Assembly (NCBI GenBank): GCA_039793395.1
Contig: JBAMLV010000018.1
Span: forward strand, 208,038 to 272,037
Direction: 5' to 3'
Origin: a bacterium
GTDB taxonomy: Bacteria; Hydrothermota; Tepidihabitantia; Tepidihabitantales; Tepidihabitantaceae
DNA length: 64,000 nt
Made by a program: the position numbers and the translations under genes. This document shows, one piece after another, positions 1 through 12,429 of the stretch (positions within the stretch are counted from its first letter, which is position 1; each line of letters opens with the position of its first letter). The notes beneath the pieces are model-generated. The model saw only the letters and a list, made by a program, of their open reading frames with translations, made no database searches and was not told the origin of the DNA.

Positions 1-120
1 CAGACCAGTCCGCTGATTGATTATTATCAGCGGCAGGACAAGCTGGTTAGAATCGACGGAGCAATTGGCCGGGACCGGGTTTTCCAGGAACTGGTGCGGC
101 TGGTCGTTCAGCGGCAATGA
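1..120 (+). CDS. adk: adenylate kinase, C-terminal fragment (5' end outside window)
   Basis: Frame 1 is open from base 1 to TGA at 118-120 (..LIDYYQRQDKLVRIDGAIGRDRVFQELVRLVVQRQ*). This resembles an Adk C-terminus and sits in the conserved adk-map-infA-rpmJ order. Confidence 0.6.
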   Translation, partial: QTSPLIDYYQRQDKLVRIDGAIGRDRVFQELVRLVVQRQ

Positions 121-123
121 GTA

Positions 124-885
124 ATGGCGCTCTATCTCAAAAGCGACCAGGAGGTGGCGGGCATCAGGGCTGCCGGACGGGTTGTTGCCGGTGTGCTGAA
201 GACCGTAGCCAGGTATGTGGTACCCGGAGTGAGCCTGAAGGAACTGGAGGCGGTATGTGTAGATTTTATCCGGCGTGCCGGCGGGGTGCCTACCTTTTTA
301 GGTTACCGTGGTTTTCCTGCCGGGGTGTGCATCAGTGTTAATGATGAAGTGGTGCACGGAATTCCCGATGGTAGGGTGCTGAATGAGGGGGATATTGTGA
401 AGGTTGATGTCGGGGTTACCAGAAACGGGTTTATTGCGGATGGAGCCAGGACTTTTCCGGTGGGCAGGGTTGATGAGCAAATACTGCGTCTGGTCCGGGA
501 AACAGAATATGCCTTTTATGAAGGTCTGAAGTTCTGCCGGCCCGGGTTCCGGGTTGGTGATGTGAGTGCGGCAATTCAGGGATATGTGGAGCGTCAGGGG
601 TATGCAGTGGTCCGGGAATTGCACGGGCACGGGGTCGGGATTGAGCTCCATGAGGAGCCGACAATACCCAATTTCGGCACTCCGGGTAAAGGTAGAAGGT
701 TGGAAAAGGGAATGACACTGGCGATTGAACCGATGGTGAATATGGGCAGGAGCGCGGTCCGGACATTGAAGAATGGCTGGACAGTGGTAACCGTCGATGG
801 GATGCCTTCAGCCCATTATGAAAATACGGTGCTGGTAACCGAGGGAGAACCGGAGATATTGACACGGCTGGATGATTGGGTATAA
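124..885 (+). CDS. map: methionine aminopeptidase type I
   Basis: 253 aa ORF with MetAP type I metal-ligand context (DIVKVDVGV, GHGVGIELHEEP, LAIEPM). Position between adk and infA. Confidence 0.95.
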   Translation: MALYLKSDQEVAGIRAAGRVVAGVLKTVARYVVPGVSLKELEAVCVDFIRRAGGVPTFLGYRGFPAGVCISVNDEVVHGIPDGRVLNEGDIVKVDVGVTRNGFIADGARTFPVGRVDEQILRLVRETEYAFYEGLKFCRPGFRVGDVSAAIQGYVERQGYAVVRELHGHGVGIELHEEPTIPNFGTPGKGRRLEKGMTLAIEPMVNMGRSAVRTLKNGWTVVTVDGMPSAHYENTVLVTEGEPEILTRLDDWV

Positions 886-901
886 CAGGTAACAGGCAGA
901 T

Positions 902-1120
902 ATGGCGAAGAAGGATATGATTCAGGTGGAAGGGGTGGTGACGGAAGCACTGCCCAACGCCACCTTCCGGGTTCAGCTGGATTCCGGTCATATTGTGCTT
1001 GCCCACATTTCCGGGAAGATGCGGATGCACTGGATAAAAATCCTTCCTGGGGACCGGGTGACGGTGGAACTTTCACCTTACGATTTGAACCGGGGCAGGA
1101 TTATCTATCGGTTTAAGTAG
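902..1120 (+). CDS. infA: translation initiation factor IF-1
   Basis: 72 aa, [41 protein letters not shown].., near-canonical IF-1 S1-fold sequence. Confidence 0.97.
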   Translation: MAKKDMIQVEGVVTEALPNATFRVQLDSGHIVLAHISGKMRMHWIKILPGDRVTVELSPYDLNRGRIIYRFK

Positions 1121-1166
1121 GCGGTTATTAAGAACACAGGTCAGAGCGGAAAGGAGTTTTGTAAAA

Positions 1167-1283
1167 ATGAAGGTTCGTTCATCAGTGAAGAAGCGCTGTG
1201 CCCATTGCATGGTGGTTAAACGCAAGGGCGTGGTGCGGGTTGTCTGTAAGCGGGAGCCGAAGCATAATCAGCGTCAGGGCTGA
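1167..1283 (+). CDS. rpmJ: 50S ribosomal protein L36 (zinc-ribbon form)
   Basis: Not in the ORF track because it is only 38 aa. ATG 1167 to TGA 1281-1283 reads [38 protein letters not shown], with a GGAG SD upstream. Follows infA as expected. Confidence 0.95.
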   Translation: MKVRSSVKKRCAHCMVVKRKGVVRVVCKREPKHNQRQG

Positions 1284-1326
1284 TAATGACCGGCCGCCGA
1301 GCAATGCCGGAAGCGGTTAGTGGTAA

Positions 1327-3730
<2,404 letters not shown>

Positions 3731-3733
3731 GTA

Positions 3734-4267
3734 ATGAGGAATAGAAAACTCCTAACCGTCGGGCTGCTGATTTTCTTGTTATTTATCGGTTGTCAAGAGG
3801 ATAAGAAAATGAACAATGATTACACCCTGCCTAATCAGATTATCAGCGATTTTCAGTTGAACGAATCGGTTAGCGGCAGACGGCTTTACAGTTTGGTTGC
3901 CCGGAGGGCGGTGGTGTGGGAAAATGAAAGCCGGATTGATGTTGAGACGCTGGCGGTGATATTTTATGACGATTCGGACCGGCCGTACTCTCTGCTCACT
4001 GCTGATAACGGCACCGTCTGGATGAAAACTGAGGACCTGGTGAGCCGGGGTAATGTTCGGGTGGAAACTGGTGACAGCACGGTGTTGACAACCGATTCGC
4101 TTGCGTGGAGCAACTCCCGCCGGGTTATTCATACCGGTGCGAAAGTAACCATTGAATCACCACGGGGTGTACTGGCTGGAGCCGGACTGGTTGCCGACGC
4201 CCAGCTGAGTAAAATTGAGATAATGAGCGAAGTGCGGGGTAGTAGCAGTTATGAATTTCAACCGTAA
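3734..4267 (+). CDS. LptC-like LPS export protein (lipoprotein-type N-terminus)
   Basis: 177 aa with signal peptide plus lipobox (LLFIGC) and beta-rich sequence. Occupies the lptC position directly before the lptA-like gene and lptB. Confidence 0.5.
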   Translation: MRNRKLLTVGLLIFLLFIGCQEDKKMNNDYTLPNQIISDFQLNESVSGRRLYSLVARRAVVWENESRIDVETLAVIFYDDSDRPYSLLTADNGTVWMKTEDLVSRGNVRVETGDSTVLTTDSLAWSNSRRVIHTGAKVTIESPRGVLAGAGLVADAQLSKIEIMSEVRGSSSYEFQP

Positions 4268-5201
4268 TCTGATTGTGGTGATTTTGGTCGGAGCCGGGGT
4301 GCTTGCCGCCGCCGAGCTTTATGCCCGGAAGATGGAGATTATCCGCACCCCGGAGGGACCGGCAACCGTTTTGCGTGACAGTGTGGCAATTACTGACAGT
4401 GGAGCGGTGATTTACAGTCGTTATGCTATGCTGAACCGGTCTCAGGACCATGTGGTATTATGGAATGCGGTGATTATCAGCACGCCGGAAGTTTATGTTC
4501 AGGCAGATTCGGTGGAATATGATTTTCGGCAGCGCCGGTCCTGGCTCTATGCTCGTTCCGGTAACAAGGTTCTGGTTCGGCAGGAGTCGGTGGAAATCAG
4601 GGCACCGGTAATAGAGTATGCGTTTGCCGAAGGGCTGGTCAAGGCGCCAGCGACACTGGAGCTGAACAGTATCAGTAAATCTTTTATCATTACCGGGGAA
4701 AGGGGAAGTTACTTTGTGAATACCCGGTCCGGAACGGTGGATTCAGAACCGGTGTTAACAATCAGGGGGAACGACCGGGAATCGGTGATAATTACGGCTG
4801 GGAAAATGGAATATGATGATGCCACCGGTGAATTTCTTGCCGGCGGTGCGGTGCGGGTTGATGCCGGTGCCGGTGAACTGGTGTGTGACAGTGCGGTTTT
4901 TTATGTTCGTGCCGATTCCGGTGTTGCTTGGGGCAAACCGGAGATCGGTGATAGTTCAGGGACAGTCAGAGGCGAGCGGGTGGTATTTTTTATCCGGGAG
5001 CGTAATTTAAGGCAGGTGGTGGTGCGGGGGTGTGCAGAGGGGGAGTATCGGACCGGTGAGGGGGAAACGGTGCGAGTGAGCGGTTCGGTGCTGAGTATGT
5101 GGCTGGCAGAAGGCAAAATAGAGCTGATTGAGGTGGAGGGGCTGTTGTCCGGGCAGTTGATAAGACGGGTCCGGCATTCGGACGGTTTTAGGGTGCAATA
5201 A
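4251..5201 (+). CDS. LptA/OstA-like periplasmic LPS transport protein (double-length)
   Basis: 316 aa, N-terminal signal/anchor and repetitive beta-jellyroll-like sequence. Its stop overlaps the lptB ATG by 1 nt. The call rests mainly on synteny. Confidence 0.55.
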   Translation: MNFNRNLIVVILVGAGVLAAAELYARKMEIIRTPEGPATVLRDSVAITDSGAVIYSRYAMLNRSQDHVVLWNAVIISTPEVYVQADSVEYDFRQRRSWLYARSGNKVLVRQESVEIRAPVIEYAFAEGLVKAPATLELNSISKSFIITGERGSYFVNTRSGTVDSEPVLTIRGNDRESVIITAGKMEYDDATGEFLAGGAVRVDAGAGELVCDSAVFYVRADSGVAWGKPEIGDSSGTVRGERVVFFIRERNLRQVVVRGCAEGEYRTGEGETVRVSGSVLSMWLAEGKIELIEVEGLLSGQLIRRVRHSDGFRVQ

Positions 5202-5920
5202 TGAAACTTGCGGCGGTGCAACTGGTAAAGGCTTATGGTGGCAGGAGGGTGGTAAATGAGGTTTCGCTGGAACTGAACCGGCAGGAGGTCGTCGGGTTAT
5301 TAGGTCCAAATGGGGCGGGTAAGACCACCACTTTTCATATTATTACCGGTTTTATTAAGCCGGACTCCGGTAGAATATTCCTTGACGGGATGGAAATTAC
5401 CACGCTGCCGGTTTACCGGCGAGCCCGCTTGGGGCTTGGCTACCTTTCGCAGGAGCCATCAGTTTTTCGCAAGCTTTCAGTGGAGGATAATATCCGGGCA
5501 ATTCTGGAACTGCTGCGGATGTCAAAAGCAGAGCAGGACCGGATAATTGAAGAACTGCTGGAGAAACTGAATATTAAACAGATTCGCCGCCAGCGTGCGG
5601 GGACACTTTCGGGCGGTGAGCGGCGCCGGGTGGAGCTGGCACGGGCGCTTGCTACCCGGCCGTCGTTTCTTCTGCTTGATGAGCCGTTTACTGGTGTGGA
5701 CCCGATTGTCCGGGCAGAGATTCAGGATATCATCAAGAGGCTGAAAGCCGATGGGCTGGGGATTCTGATTACCGACCACAATGTCCGGGAGACACTGGAG
5801 ATCACTGACCGGGCTTATGTTATCTATGATGCGCGGATTCTGCTATCCGGAACTTCAGAAGAGCTGGTTAAAGATGAGAGGGCACGCCAGGTTTATCTGG
5901 GAGCGAGGTTCAGAATATGA
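5201..5920 (+). CDS. lptB: LPS export ABC transporter ATP-binding protein
   Basis: Walker A GPNGAGKTT, signature LSGGERRRVELARAL, Walker B FLLLDEP. Precedes rpoN with an ATGA overlap, the classical lptB-rpoN linkage. Confidence 0.93.
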   Translation: MKLAAVQLVKAYGGRRVVNEVSLELNRQEVVGLLGPNGAGKTTTFHIITGFIKPDSGRIFLDGMEITTLPVYRRARLGLGYLSQEPSVFRKLSVEDNIRAILELLRMSKAEQDRIIEELLEKLNIKQIRRQRAGTLSGGERRRVELARALATRPSFLLLDEPFTGVDPIVRAEIQDIIKRLKADGLGILITDHNVRETLEITDRAYVIYDARILLSGTSEELVKDERARQVYLGARFRI

Positions 5921-7296
5921 ATTTTGAGCAACGGCCGGAACTGCGGCCAGAACTGCGGCTGACCCCGCAGCTGTTTCTTAATCTGAAGCTGCTGGTTTTG
6001 CCGGTGATAGAACTGCAGCAGCTGGTGGAGGCAGAGCTGGAGCAGAATCCGGCGCTGGAGCTGGCTGAGGAGGCGGAATTTACACGCGAAGAGCAGGTAT
6101 CCGGTTCAGAAACCGGAGCCGGCGACCCGAGTGAGGAGTTTGACATCGCCGAACTGCTGCCTCAGGATGGCTGGGAACCGCCGGGTTCGGAAATAGAGAA
6201 CGGGGAAGAGGAACCGGTTGCTGCCGAGGTGATTGCGGCAACTAAACTGACCTATCATGATACGCTTTTGCCGAAGTTGCTTGCCGAAGTTGACCCGGTG
6301 GATACGGCGGCAGCGGAGGAGGTTATTGACTGGCTGGATGAGAATGGTTTTTTATCGGTGACCCCGGAAGAGTTGTCTACAGTAACCGGTATCAGGCTGG
6401 AGGTGGTGGAGCGGGTGCTGGCGGTTCTGCGCCGGATTCCACCCGGGGGGCTTGGTTGTGCTGATGTTCGCCAGGCACTGATCGCCCAGTTGGAATTAAA
6501 AGGTTTTTTGGAAAGCTCCCTGGAGCGACGGATACTGACTGAATGCTGGGATCTGTTTATAGAGCAAGAAACAAAGCGAATTGCCGCCCGTTTGCTGGTT
6601 GAGCCGGAGGAGGTGGTTCAGGCATTGAACAATATTTCGGCGCTGGAACCAAAGCCGGGCCGGCAGTTTAATGCGCCGGCACCGGAATATGTTATGCCGG
6701 ACTTTTCTTTTGAATGGCGTGAGGGCAGAATAGTGGCAGTGGAACAGGACAGCAATGTGCCGAGAATTCGGGTTGCCCGGCGGTTTATTGAGATAATTCA
6801 GGAGCCGAAGAAATATTCCCCGGAGACGGTAGCATTTGCCCGGCAAAAGGTGAATAATGCCCTGATGTTTTTGCGGGCAATTGAGTCCCGTCGCCGGCTG
6901 TTATGCCGACTTATGGAATGGATTATTAACCGGCAGGGCGAGTTTTTCGTGCGGGGTCCGGAGTATCTGAAACCGGCAAGAATCAAGGAGGCGGCAGCAG
7001 ATTTAGGTGTTCATCAGGCAACCATTTCCAGAGCAATCAGCGGCAAGTATGTGGAAACGCCGTTTGGTATTTTCAAGTTACGGGACTTTTTCAGGTCCGG
7101 CACCGGAGGGGTGGCACGAAGCGGAATAAAGGAGAAGATTCAGGCGATGATTGAAAATGAAGACCGGCAAAAGCCCTTGAGTGATGAGGAAATTTGCACC
7201 AGGCTGGCGGCGGAGGGGATTAATGTTTCCCGGCGGACAGTGGCGAAGTATCGGGCCGAGATGGGAATCCCGGGGTCGGACGAGCGGCGGAAGTAA
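5917..7296 (+). CDS. rpoN: RNA polymerase sigma-54 factor
   Basis: 459 aa. Acidic region II, HTH ([16 protein letters not shown]) and RpoN box (ARRTVAKYR) at the C-terminus. Confidence 0.95.
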   Translation: MNFEQRPELRPELRLTPQLFLNLKLLVLPVIELQQLVEAELEQNPALELAEEAEFTREEQVSGSETGAGDPSEEFDIAELLPQDGWEPPGSEIENGEEEPVAAEVIAATKLTYHDTLLPKLLAEVDPVDTAAAEEVIDWLDENGFLSVTPEELSTVTGIRLEVVERVLAVLRRIPPGGLGCADVRQALIAQLELKGFLESSLERRILTECWDLFIEQETKRIAARLLVEPEEVVQALNNISALEPKPGRQFNAPAPEYVMPDFSFEWREGRIVAVEQDSNVPRIRVARRFIEIIQEPKKYSPETVAFARQKVNNALMFLRAIESRRRLLCRLMEWIINRQGEFFVRGPEYLKPARIKEAAADLGVHQATISRAISGKYVETPFGIFKLRDFFRSGTGGVARSGIKEKIQAMIENEDRQKPLSDEEICTRLAAEGINVSRRTVAKYRAEMGIPGSDERRK

Positions 7297-7312
7297 TGAT
7301 TGTGGGTTTACC

Positions 7313-9229
7313 ATGGCAAGGCATTTTGTAATAGGAACTGCGGGCCATATTGACCACGGTAAGAGCGCAATTGTTAAAGCACTGACCGGAACCGACCCCG
7401 ACCGGTTGAAGGAAGAGCAGGAACGGGGGATGACGACAGACCTGGGGTTTGCCTTTTTAGGCGATGAGATTACGATTATTGATGTGCCGGGACACGAACG
7501 GTTTGTCCGTCATATGCTTGCGGGTGCGAGCACAATTGACATGGTGATGCTGGTGGTGGCTGCCGATGACGGTGTGATGCCTCAGACGCGGGAGCATTTT
7601 GAAATCTGCCGGTTGTTAGGTATCAAAAGGGGTCTGATTGTGATAAACAAGGTGGACCTGGTGGATGCGGAGATGATTGGAATCGTTAAGGAGGATGTGA
7701 AGGATCTGGTGCGGGGCTCGTTTTTAGATGGTGCACCGGTGCTGGAGGTTTCTGCCCGAACTGGTAAAGGTATTGATGAGTTGAAGCAGGCAATCAGGGA
7801 ATTGACCAGCACGGTGGAGAGGAGGCCGGACCGGGGGGTCTTCCGACTGCCCATTGACCGGTGTTTCACAATCAAGGGGTTTGGAATCGTGGTTGCCGGA
7901 ACGGTTCTTTCGGGTAGTTGCCGGGTGGGAGAACGGCTTGAGATTCTGCCAGAAGGTATCAACGTGCGGGTTCGTGGTATTCAGCGCCATAATCGGGCGG
8001 TGGATAGCGCGGGAGCGGGAGAACGGGCGGCTTTGAATCTACAGGGAGTTCAGCTGGAACAGATTCACCGCGGACAGGTACTGGTGACCCCGGGTTATTA
8101 TCAGCCGACAAGTTTTATTCAGGGAACGCTTTATCTGCTGAAGGATGCCCCGGCTGAGCTTAAAAATATGACCCGGGTACATCTCCACATCGGAACTGCA
8201 GAGGTGATGTGCCGGGTGTGCCTGCTTGATAAGAAGGAGCTTGTCCCGGGAGAGGAAGGGCTGGTGCAGCTGAGAACTGAAGAGCCGGTGGTATGCGAAT
8301 GGAACGACCGGTTCGTGCTCAGGCACTTCGCGCCGCTGGTAACCATCGGGGGCGGAGTGGTGCTGGAGACAGGGGGCAGCAAGTTGCGGCGCTTTGACGA
8401 CGTTACTATTAACCGGCTGCAGCAGCTGCGTTCGGGAGAGAAGGGGACGGTGCTGGAGCAGTTTTTACTAAAAAGCGGTTTTGACATTAAGACGCTAAAT
8501 GGCATTGCCCGGGCGCTGGCAATAACCGACGAAGATGCTGTGCAAATGAGCGAGTGGCTGGTTCAAACCGGGAAGGCAGAGATTATTGAGGATGAGGGGA
8601 AGAAATACTTGATTCATAAAGAGGTTTACCGTGCAGCCGCAGCCAATGTCCTGGCGGTATTAAGCGATTTCCACCAGCAGAATCCGCTGCGGATGGGAAT
8701 AAAACAGTCGGAATTACGGGCGAAGGCGGGTAATCTGCCCGCCGCGCTGTTTGCGCTGATCCTATCCCGACTGGCAGGGTCTGGTGCGATTGTGATTATG
8801 GGTGAAAAGGTGCGCGCGCCGGAACATACCGTTCGGTTGAAGCCTGAAGAGCAGGTTGTGTTTGACCGGGTGTTAGAGGTACTGAAAAAAGCCCGGTGGG
8901 CGCCGCCGGCGCTGGAGGTGCTGTTTTCCGGGGTGGACCGGAAACTATCAGAGCGGGTGAAAATTGCGCTGGTTGAATCGGGCGCAGTGATTGACATCGG
9001 CGAAGGAATTTATATGCATGCCCAGGCGGTCGCAGAAGCAAAGAATTTGCTGTTGCAGATGTTGGCAGAGAGGAAAGAGCTGGCAGCGACCGATTTCCGG
9101 CAGGCACTGGGGACGACGCGTAAGTTTGCCATTCCGCTGCTAAATTACTTTGATTCCATTGGTCTCACGCAGCGCCGGGGTGATGTCCGGGTGCTGAAGA
9201 GCAGCGGGTGTTCAACTGAAGGTTGTTGA
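7313..9229 (+). CDS. selB: selenocysteine-specific translation elongation factor
   Basis: [26 protein letters not shown] and NKVDL GTPase motifs, plus a long C-terminal winged-helix extension typical of SelB. Start moved to ATG 7313, because the track start at 7181 overlaps rpoN and adds a junk leader. Confidence 0.92.
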   Translation: MARHFVIGTAGHIDHGKSAIVKALTGTDPDRLKEEQERGMTTDLGFAFLGDEITIIDVPGHERFVRHMLAGASTIDMVMLVVAADDGVMPQTREHFEICRLLGIKRGLIVINKVDLVDAEMIGIVKEDVKDLVRGSFLDGAPVLEVSARTGKGIDELKQAIRELTSTVERRPDRGVFRLPIDRCFTIKGFGIVVAGTVLSGSCRVGERLEILPEGINVRVRGIQRHNRAVDSAGAGERAALNLQGVQLEQIHRGQVLVTPGYYQPTSFIQGTLYLLKDAPAELKNMTRVHLHIGTAEVMCRVCLLDKKELVPGEEGLVQLRTEEPVVCEWNDRFVLRHFAPLVTIGGGVVLETGGSKLRRFDDVTINRLQQLRSGEKGTVLEQFLLKSGFDIKTLNGIARALAITDEDAVQMSEWLVQTGKAEIIEDEGKKYLIHKEVYRAAAANVLAVLSDFHQQNPLRMGIKQSELRAKAGNLPAALFALILSRLAGSGAIVIMGEKVRAPEHTVRLKPEEQVVFDRVLEVLKKARWAPPALEVLFSGVDRKLSERVKIALVESGAVIDIGEGIYMHAQAVAEAKNLLLQMLAERKELAATDFRQALGTTRKFAIPLLNYFDSIGLTQRRGDVRVLKSSGCSTEGC

Positions 9230-9240
9230 AAGGAGCATTG

Positions 9241-10275
9241 ATGGCAAAGCGGGGAATACTGGCGACGGTCAGTTGTGCGGGTTGAGCATCAAAGTTGAGC
9301 AAGGCGCAGTTGGCGCTGGCGTTGTCCGGGTTAGACCAGCCTGCTGACCCGCGGTTACTGGTCGGTATTAATACTGCTGATGATGCCGGCGTTTTCCTGA
9401 TTGAACCGGGAATGGCGCTGGTACAGACGGTGGATATTTTGACGCCGATGGTTGAAGACCCCTATGATTTCGGTCGAATTGCTGCGGCCAATTCTATCTC
9501 AGATGTGTATGCCATGGGCGGTGAGCCGGTTACGGTTCTGAATATCGTCGGTTTCCCGGCAGCGATGGACAAAGGGGTCCTGCGGGAAATTCTACGGGGC
9601 GGACAGGATACGGTGCGGGAAGCCGGGGCGGTGGTGGTCGGCGGTCATACTTTTAATGAGAAGGAAATCAAATACGGGCTGGCAGTTACCGGTAGAATTG
9701 ACCCGCGGCGGATAATCACCAACGCCGGGGCAAAGCCAAATGACCGTTTGATATTAACAAAACCGCTGGGAACCGGCGTTTTTGCACAATTGATGATGAG
9801 TGACGAGCCAGTTGCCCCGGATTTCTATCGGATGGTCGTAGGGTCAATGATGGGTTTGAACCGTGTTGCCCGGGACTTGATGCTTAAATACAATGCCAAT
9901 GCGGCAACTGACATCACCGGCTACGGGTTCCTCGGACATATTCAGGAATTGGCGGAGGCATCCGGGGTCAGGGTCCGGATCTTTGCTGACCGGGTGCCTA
10001 TGTTACCAGGGGTTCTGGAACTGGCAAAACGGTTTATTGACCCCGGGGTGTTCATGAATGAAAGCTCCTTTAACAGCCGGGTTGAATGGCGGGTAGAGGT
10101 AGCGCCGGAGTTGAAAAGTGTCCTCTGGGAATCGGAGAGCTCGGGCGGGCTGGTAATAGCCCTGCCTTCAGGTATGGTGGCGGCATTTCAGCAGCAGGCA
10201 GAAAAGCAGGGGATAACCGCTGCTGTGGTCGGTGAGGTTATTTCTGGAACCGCCGGGACGATTGAGGTGGTTTAG
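9241..10275 (+). CDS. selD: selenide, water dikinase (selenophosphate synthetase), Sec-containing; UGA at 9283-9285 read as selenocysteine
   Basis: ATG 9241 lies 5 nt after an AAGGAG SD and reads MAKRGILATVSCAG-TGA-ASKLSKAQLALAL in the same frame as the 9295.. ORF. The TGA aligns with catalytic Cys17, and the following K with Lys20, of E. coli SelD (GAGCGCKISPKVLETIL). The rest of the protein is clearly SelD (DFGRIAAANSISDVYAMGG, TDITGYGFLGH). Confidence 0.88.
9303..9317 (+). other. putative bacterial SECIS apical hairpin for selD UGA
   Basis: GGCGC(9303-9307) / GCGCU(9313-9317) form a 5 bp stem (one G-U) around an AGUUG loop. The stem starts 17 nt after the UGA. CAA(9300-9302)/UUG(9322-9324) can extend it across a GGCG bulge. 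Loop content and distance fit the loose bacterial SECIS rules. Not validated. Confidence 0.4.
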
Positions 10276-10277
10276 CA

Positions 10278-11120
10278 ATGTTCTGGCAGGAGCTGGGTCG
10301 CAGTATAAAAGAGCAGTTTTTTACTACTGATAAACTGCTAATTTATGTCCGGGTGCTGATAAATATCATCATTATCACTGCCGGAGCATGGGTGACGAAC
10401 CAGGTCCTAAAATGGTTGCTTAATCTTGTCAAGCGCCGGAAGGAAGAACGGTATGCGCAAACGATAGTTCCGCTGATTCAGAGTCTGCTACGGTATCTTG
10501 TGCTCGCGCTGGCGATTATTCTGATTTTAAGGGTGGTAGGGTTGGATTATCGGACTATTATTGCCGGTGCCGGGGTTGCCGGACTGGCAATTGGATTCGG
10601 TGCCCAGACGCTGATTAAGGATTTCATTTCCGGGTTTTTTATTATTTTTGAGGGGTTGCTGGCGGTCGGTGATTACATCTATAGCGGTCAGATTGAGGGA
10701 GCGGTGGAAAAAATCGGTTTGCGGGTAACCCAACTGCGTGCCTATGATGGAACGCTGTGGGTGATTCCAAATGGCGAGTTGACTCGGTTCGGAAACAGGA
10801 GCCGGGATTTTATGCGGGTGTTGGTGAATTTTGACCTTGCCTACGAGCAGGAGGTGGAAAAAGGACTGGCAGTGGCGATGGCAGCAGCTGAAAAATGGTA
10901 TCAGGAGAACCAGGCACGGTGTCTGGAAAAGCCGGAAGTTCAGGGGTTGCTTAAGTTTGGGGAATCGGGGCTGGGAGTGCGGGTGGTTTGCCGGGTGAAG
11001 CCCGGGGAACAGTGGGTAGCTGAGCGTGAGTTGCGGCTTTTTTTGAAACGGGCATTTGATGAAGCGGGGGTGGAGATTCCGTTTCCGCGCCGGGTGGTTT
11101 ACAATCGCCAGGAGTCCTGA
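10278..11120 (+). CDS. mechanosensitive ion channel (MscS family)
   Basis: 280 aa with three N-terminal TM helices and a conserved pore-helix region (GAQTLIKDFISGFFIIFEGLLAVGDYI). Starts 2 nt after the selD stop. Confidence 0.85.
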   Translation: MFWQELGRSIKEQFFTTDKLLIYVRVLINIIIITAGAWVTNQVLKWLLNLVKRRKEERYAQTIVPLIQSLLRYLVLALAIILILRVVGLDYRTIIAGAGVAGLAIGFGAQTLIKDFISGFFIIFEGLLAVGDYIYSGQIEGAVEKIGLRVTQLRAYDGTLWVIPNGELTRFGNRSRDFMRVLVNFDLAYEQEVEKGLAVAMAAAEKWYQENQARCLEKPEVQGLLKFGESGLGVRVVCRVKPGEQWVAERELRLFLKRAFDEAGVEIPFPRRVVYNRQES

Positions 11121-11127
11121 TTAAAAC

Positions 11128-12426
11128 TTAAGCCGGCTCAGGGGGTTCCGGCGGCACCGGATTGGTAATCACCAGCAGCGCAGCGATGATGGTGCCGTCC
11201 CGGCGGCGCAAAGCTTCAAAACAGACTGCCGAACTGCTGAATCCAGGAACGACTTCACATTCCTGATGGCCAGTAGCACCGGAAAGTAATTGCTGGAGAT
11301 ATGGTAGAAAGGCTTTGAGATTCGGGATTTCGTTTGCTGACCGGCCCTGGGCATCTGTGGATCGGATGCCAAGCAGCGGTTCAACCGCGGAATTGGCATA
11401 GACAATTTTCATGGTCCGGTCAATCACCAGGACTCCTTCATTGATACTTGCTGCCAGCAGCCGGAACCGCCGCTCCAGTTCAAAAATCTGGTCCGATTTC
11501 CGTTCGTCAATCTCCCGTAGTCGGGCAAGCACCCGGTTCAGGTGCCGGGAAAGGTCGCCGAGCTCATCATGAGTGCTGATGGTAACCCGGACATTGAAGT
11601 CTCCCTGTTCCACCCGGTTGAGAGAATTGGCAATTCGCTTGAGGGGCAGGACGATGGAATGGGGCAGCTGATAAATGAGAAAGACAAGCAGTCCGGTTAA
11701 TATCAGCAGGGCGGTAATGATATTACGCTGGCTCCAGACATAAAGCCGAGTGACTCTGCTTTTATGTTCAGCCATACGCTGATTTGCCCGGGCAGTGATT
11801 TTCTCGGCAAACAGGATAATCGTGCTGGCGGTTGCGGTCAGGCGCTGATTAAAGGCGGTGCGAACACTGCCCAGCAGCTGGTGGAGTTCAATATCCTGTT
11901 CCAGCCGGCTGATGCGGTTGAGCAGGGAATCAGCGGTTTGCTGGTCCGCAGCAGTTCGGACCGCACCTAACAGCTGCTGTCGCTCGGCAAGCAGCTGTTC
12001 AAGCTGAAAATCCCCTTGACCGAGTTGGCGGAACGGGCGGAGTCTCTTTAGTGAATCAATGAGCTGCCGATATTCGCTCAAACTGGCGTGCAGAGAATCA
12101 AACAGGCTTTTCAATTCCGGTTCCAGACGCCGTCCCCGTTCACTCAATAATGTAATGTGGTCAATGGTAACCCGGGCGGTCGTGAGATAGAGGGTATCAC
12201 CGGATAACAGGAAGTTGCGTTCCGCATCACGGATTTCAAAAAAATGATGGAAAATTGTATTACCCACCCGCAGTAATTCGGCATCAGTATCAACCAGCAG
12301 AGTGACAAGTTGCTTCATCTGTCCGACATAATAGAGCGCCAGCAGCACGACCGGCAGGACAAGCAGGATGGTGATAAACATTGCCAGACCAATCCGGCTG
12401 CGGATAGAACGGAGTGGCTTTGCCAT
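11128..12426 (-). CDS. membrane sensor protein: TM / helical extracytoplasmic region / TM / HAMP / PAS, with no recognisable output domain
   Basis: 432 aa with two TM segments (aa ~13-35 and ~228-250). HAMP-like segment (PLKRIANSLNRVEQGDFNVRV..DELGDLSRHLNRV), then a PAS-like fold (INEGVLVIDRTMKIVYANSAVEPLLG). No HisKA, HATPase, GGDEF or MCP signalling motif was seen. Last gene after trkA. Confidence 0.7.
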   Translation of the reverse strand: MAKPLRSIRSRIGLAMFITILLVLPVVLLALYYVGQMKQLVTLLVDTDAELLRVGNTIFHHFFEIRDAERNFLLSGDTLYLTTARVTIDHITLLSERGRRLEPELKSLFDSLHASLSEYRQLIDSLKRLRPFRQLGQGDFQLEQLLAERQQLLGAVRTAADQQTADSLLNRISRLEQDIELHQLLGSVRTAFNQRLTATASTIILFAEKITARANQRMAEHKSRVTRLYVWSQRNIITALLILTGLLVFLIYQLPHSIVLPLKRIANSLNRVEQGDFNVRVTISTHDELGDLSRHLNRVLARLREIDERKSDQIFELERRFRLLAASINEGVLVIDRTMKIVYANSAVEPLLGIRSTDAQGRSANEIPNLKAFLPYLQQLLSGATGHQECEVVPGFSSSAVCFEALRRRDGTIIAALLVITNPVPPEPPEPA

Positions 12427-12429
12427 ATT

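Noticed and set aside
431-1030. Long antisense or alternative-frame ORFs throughout the track (for example 431..1030-, 1408..1917-, 14894..15310-, 17318..17866-, 19822..20406-, 38764..39202-, 41031..41549-, 52154..52759-, 48853..49578+).
   Set aside because: Each lies fully inside a strongly supported gene on the other strand or frame. Their translations are Pro/Arg/Gly/Ser-rich low-complexity strings typical of shadow ORFs in GC-rich DNA, and none has an SD or promoter.
5935-5958. Tandem 12 nt repeat CCGGAACTGCGG/CCAGAACTGCGG at the rpoN 5' end.
   Set aside because: It simply encodes PELRPELR in the sigma-54 N-terminal region. There are only two copies and no further structure.
7181-7312. 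N-terminal extension of selB offered by the ORF track (start 7181).
   Set aside because: It overlaps the rpoN 3' end, and the added 44 aa ([19 protein letters not shown]..) are junk-like. The conserved SelB G1 motif begins right after ATG 7313.
9295-9297. TTG at 9295 as the selD start.
   Set aside because: It would delete the catalytic Sec/Cys-Lys loop. The upstream in-frame ATG with an SD, plus UGA at the Cys17 position, explains the sequence better.
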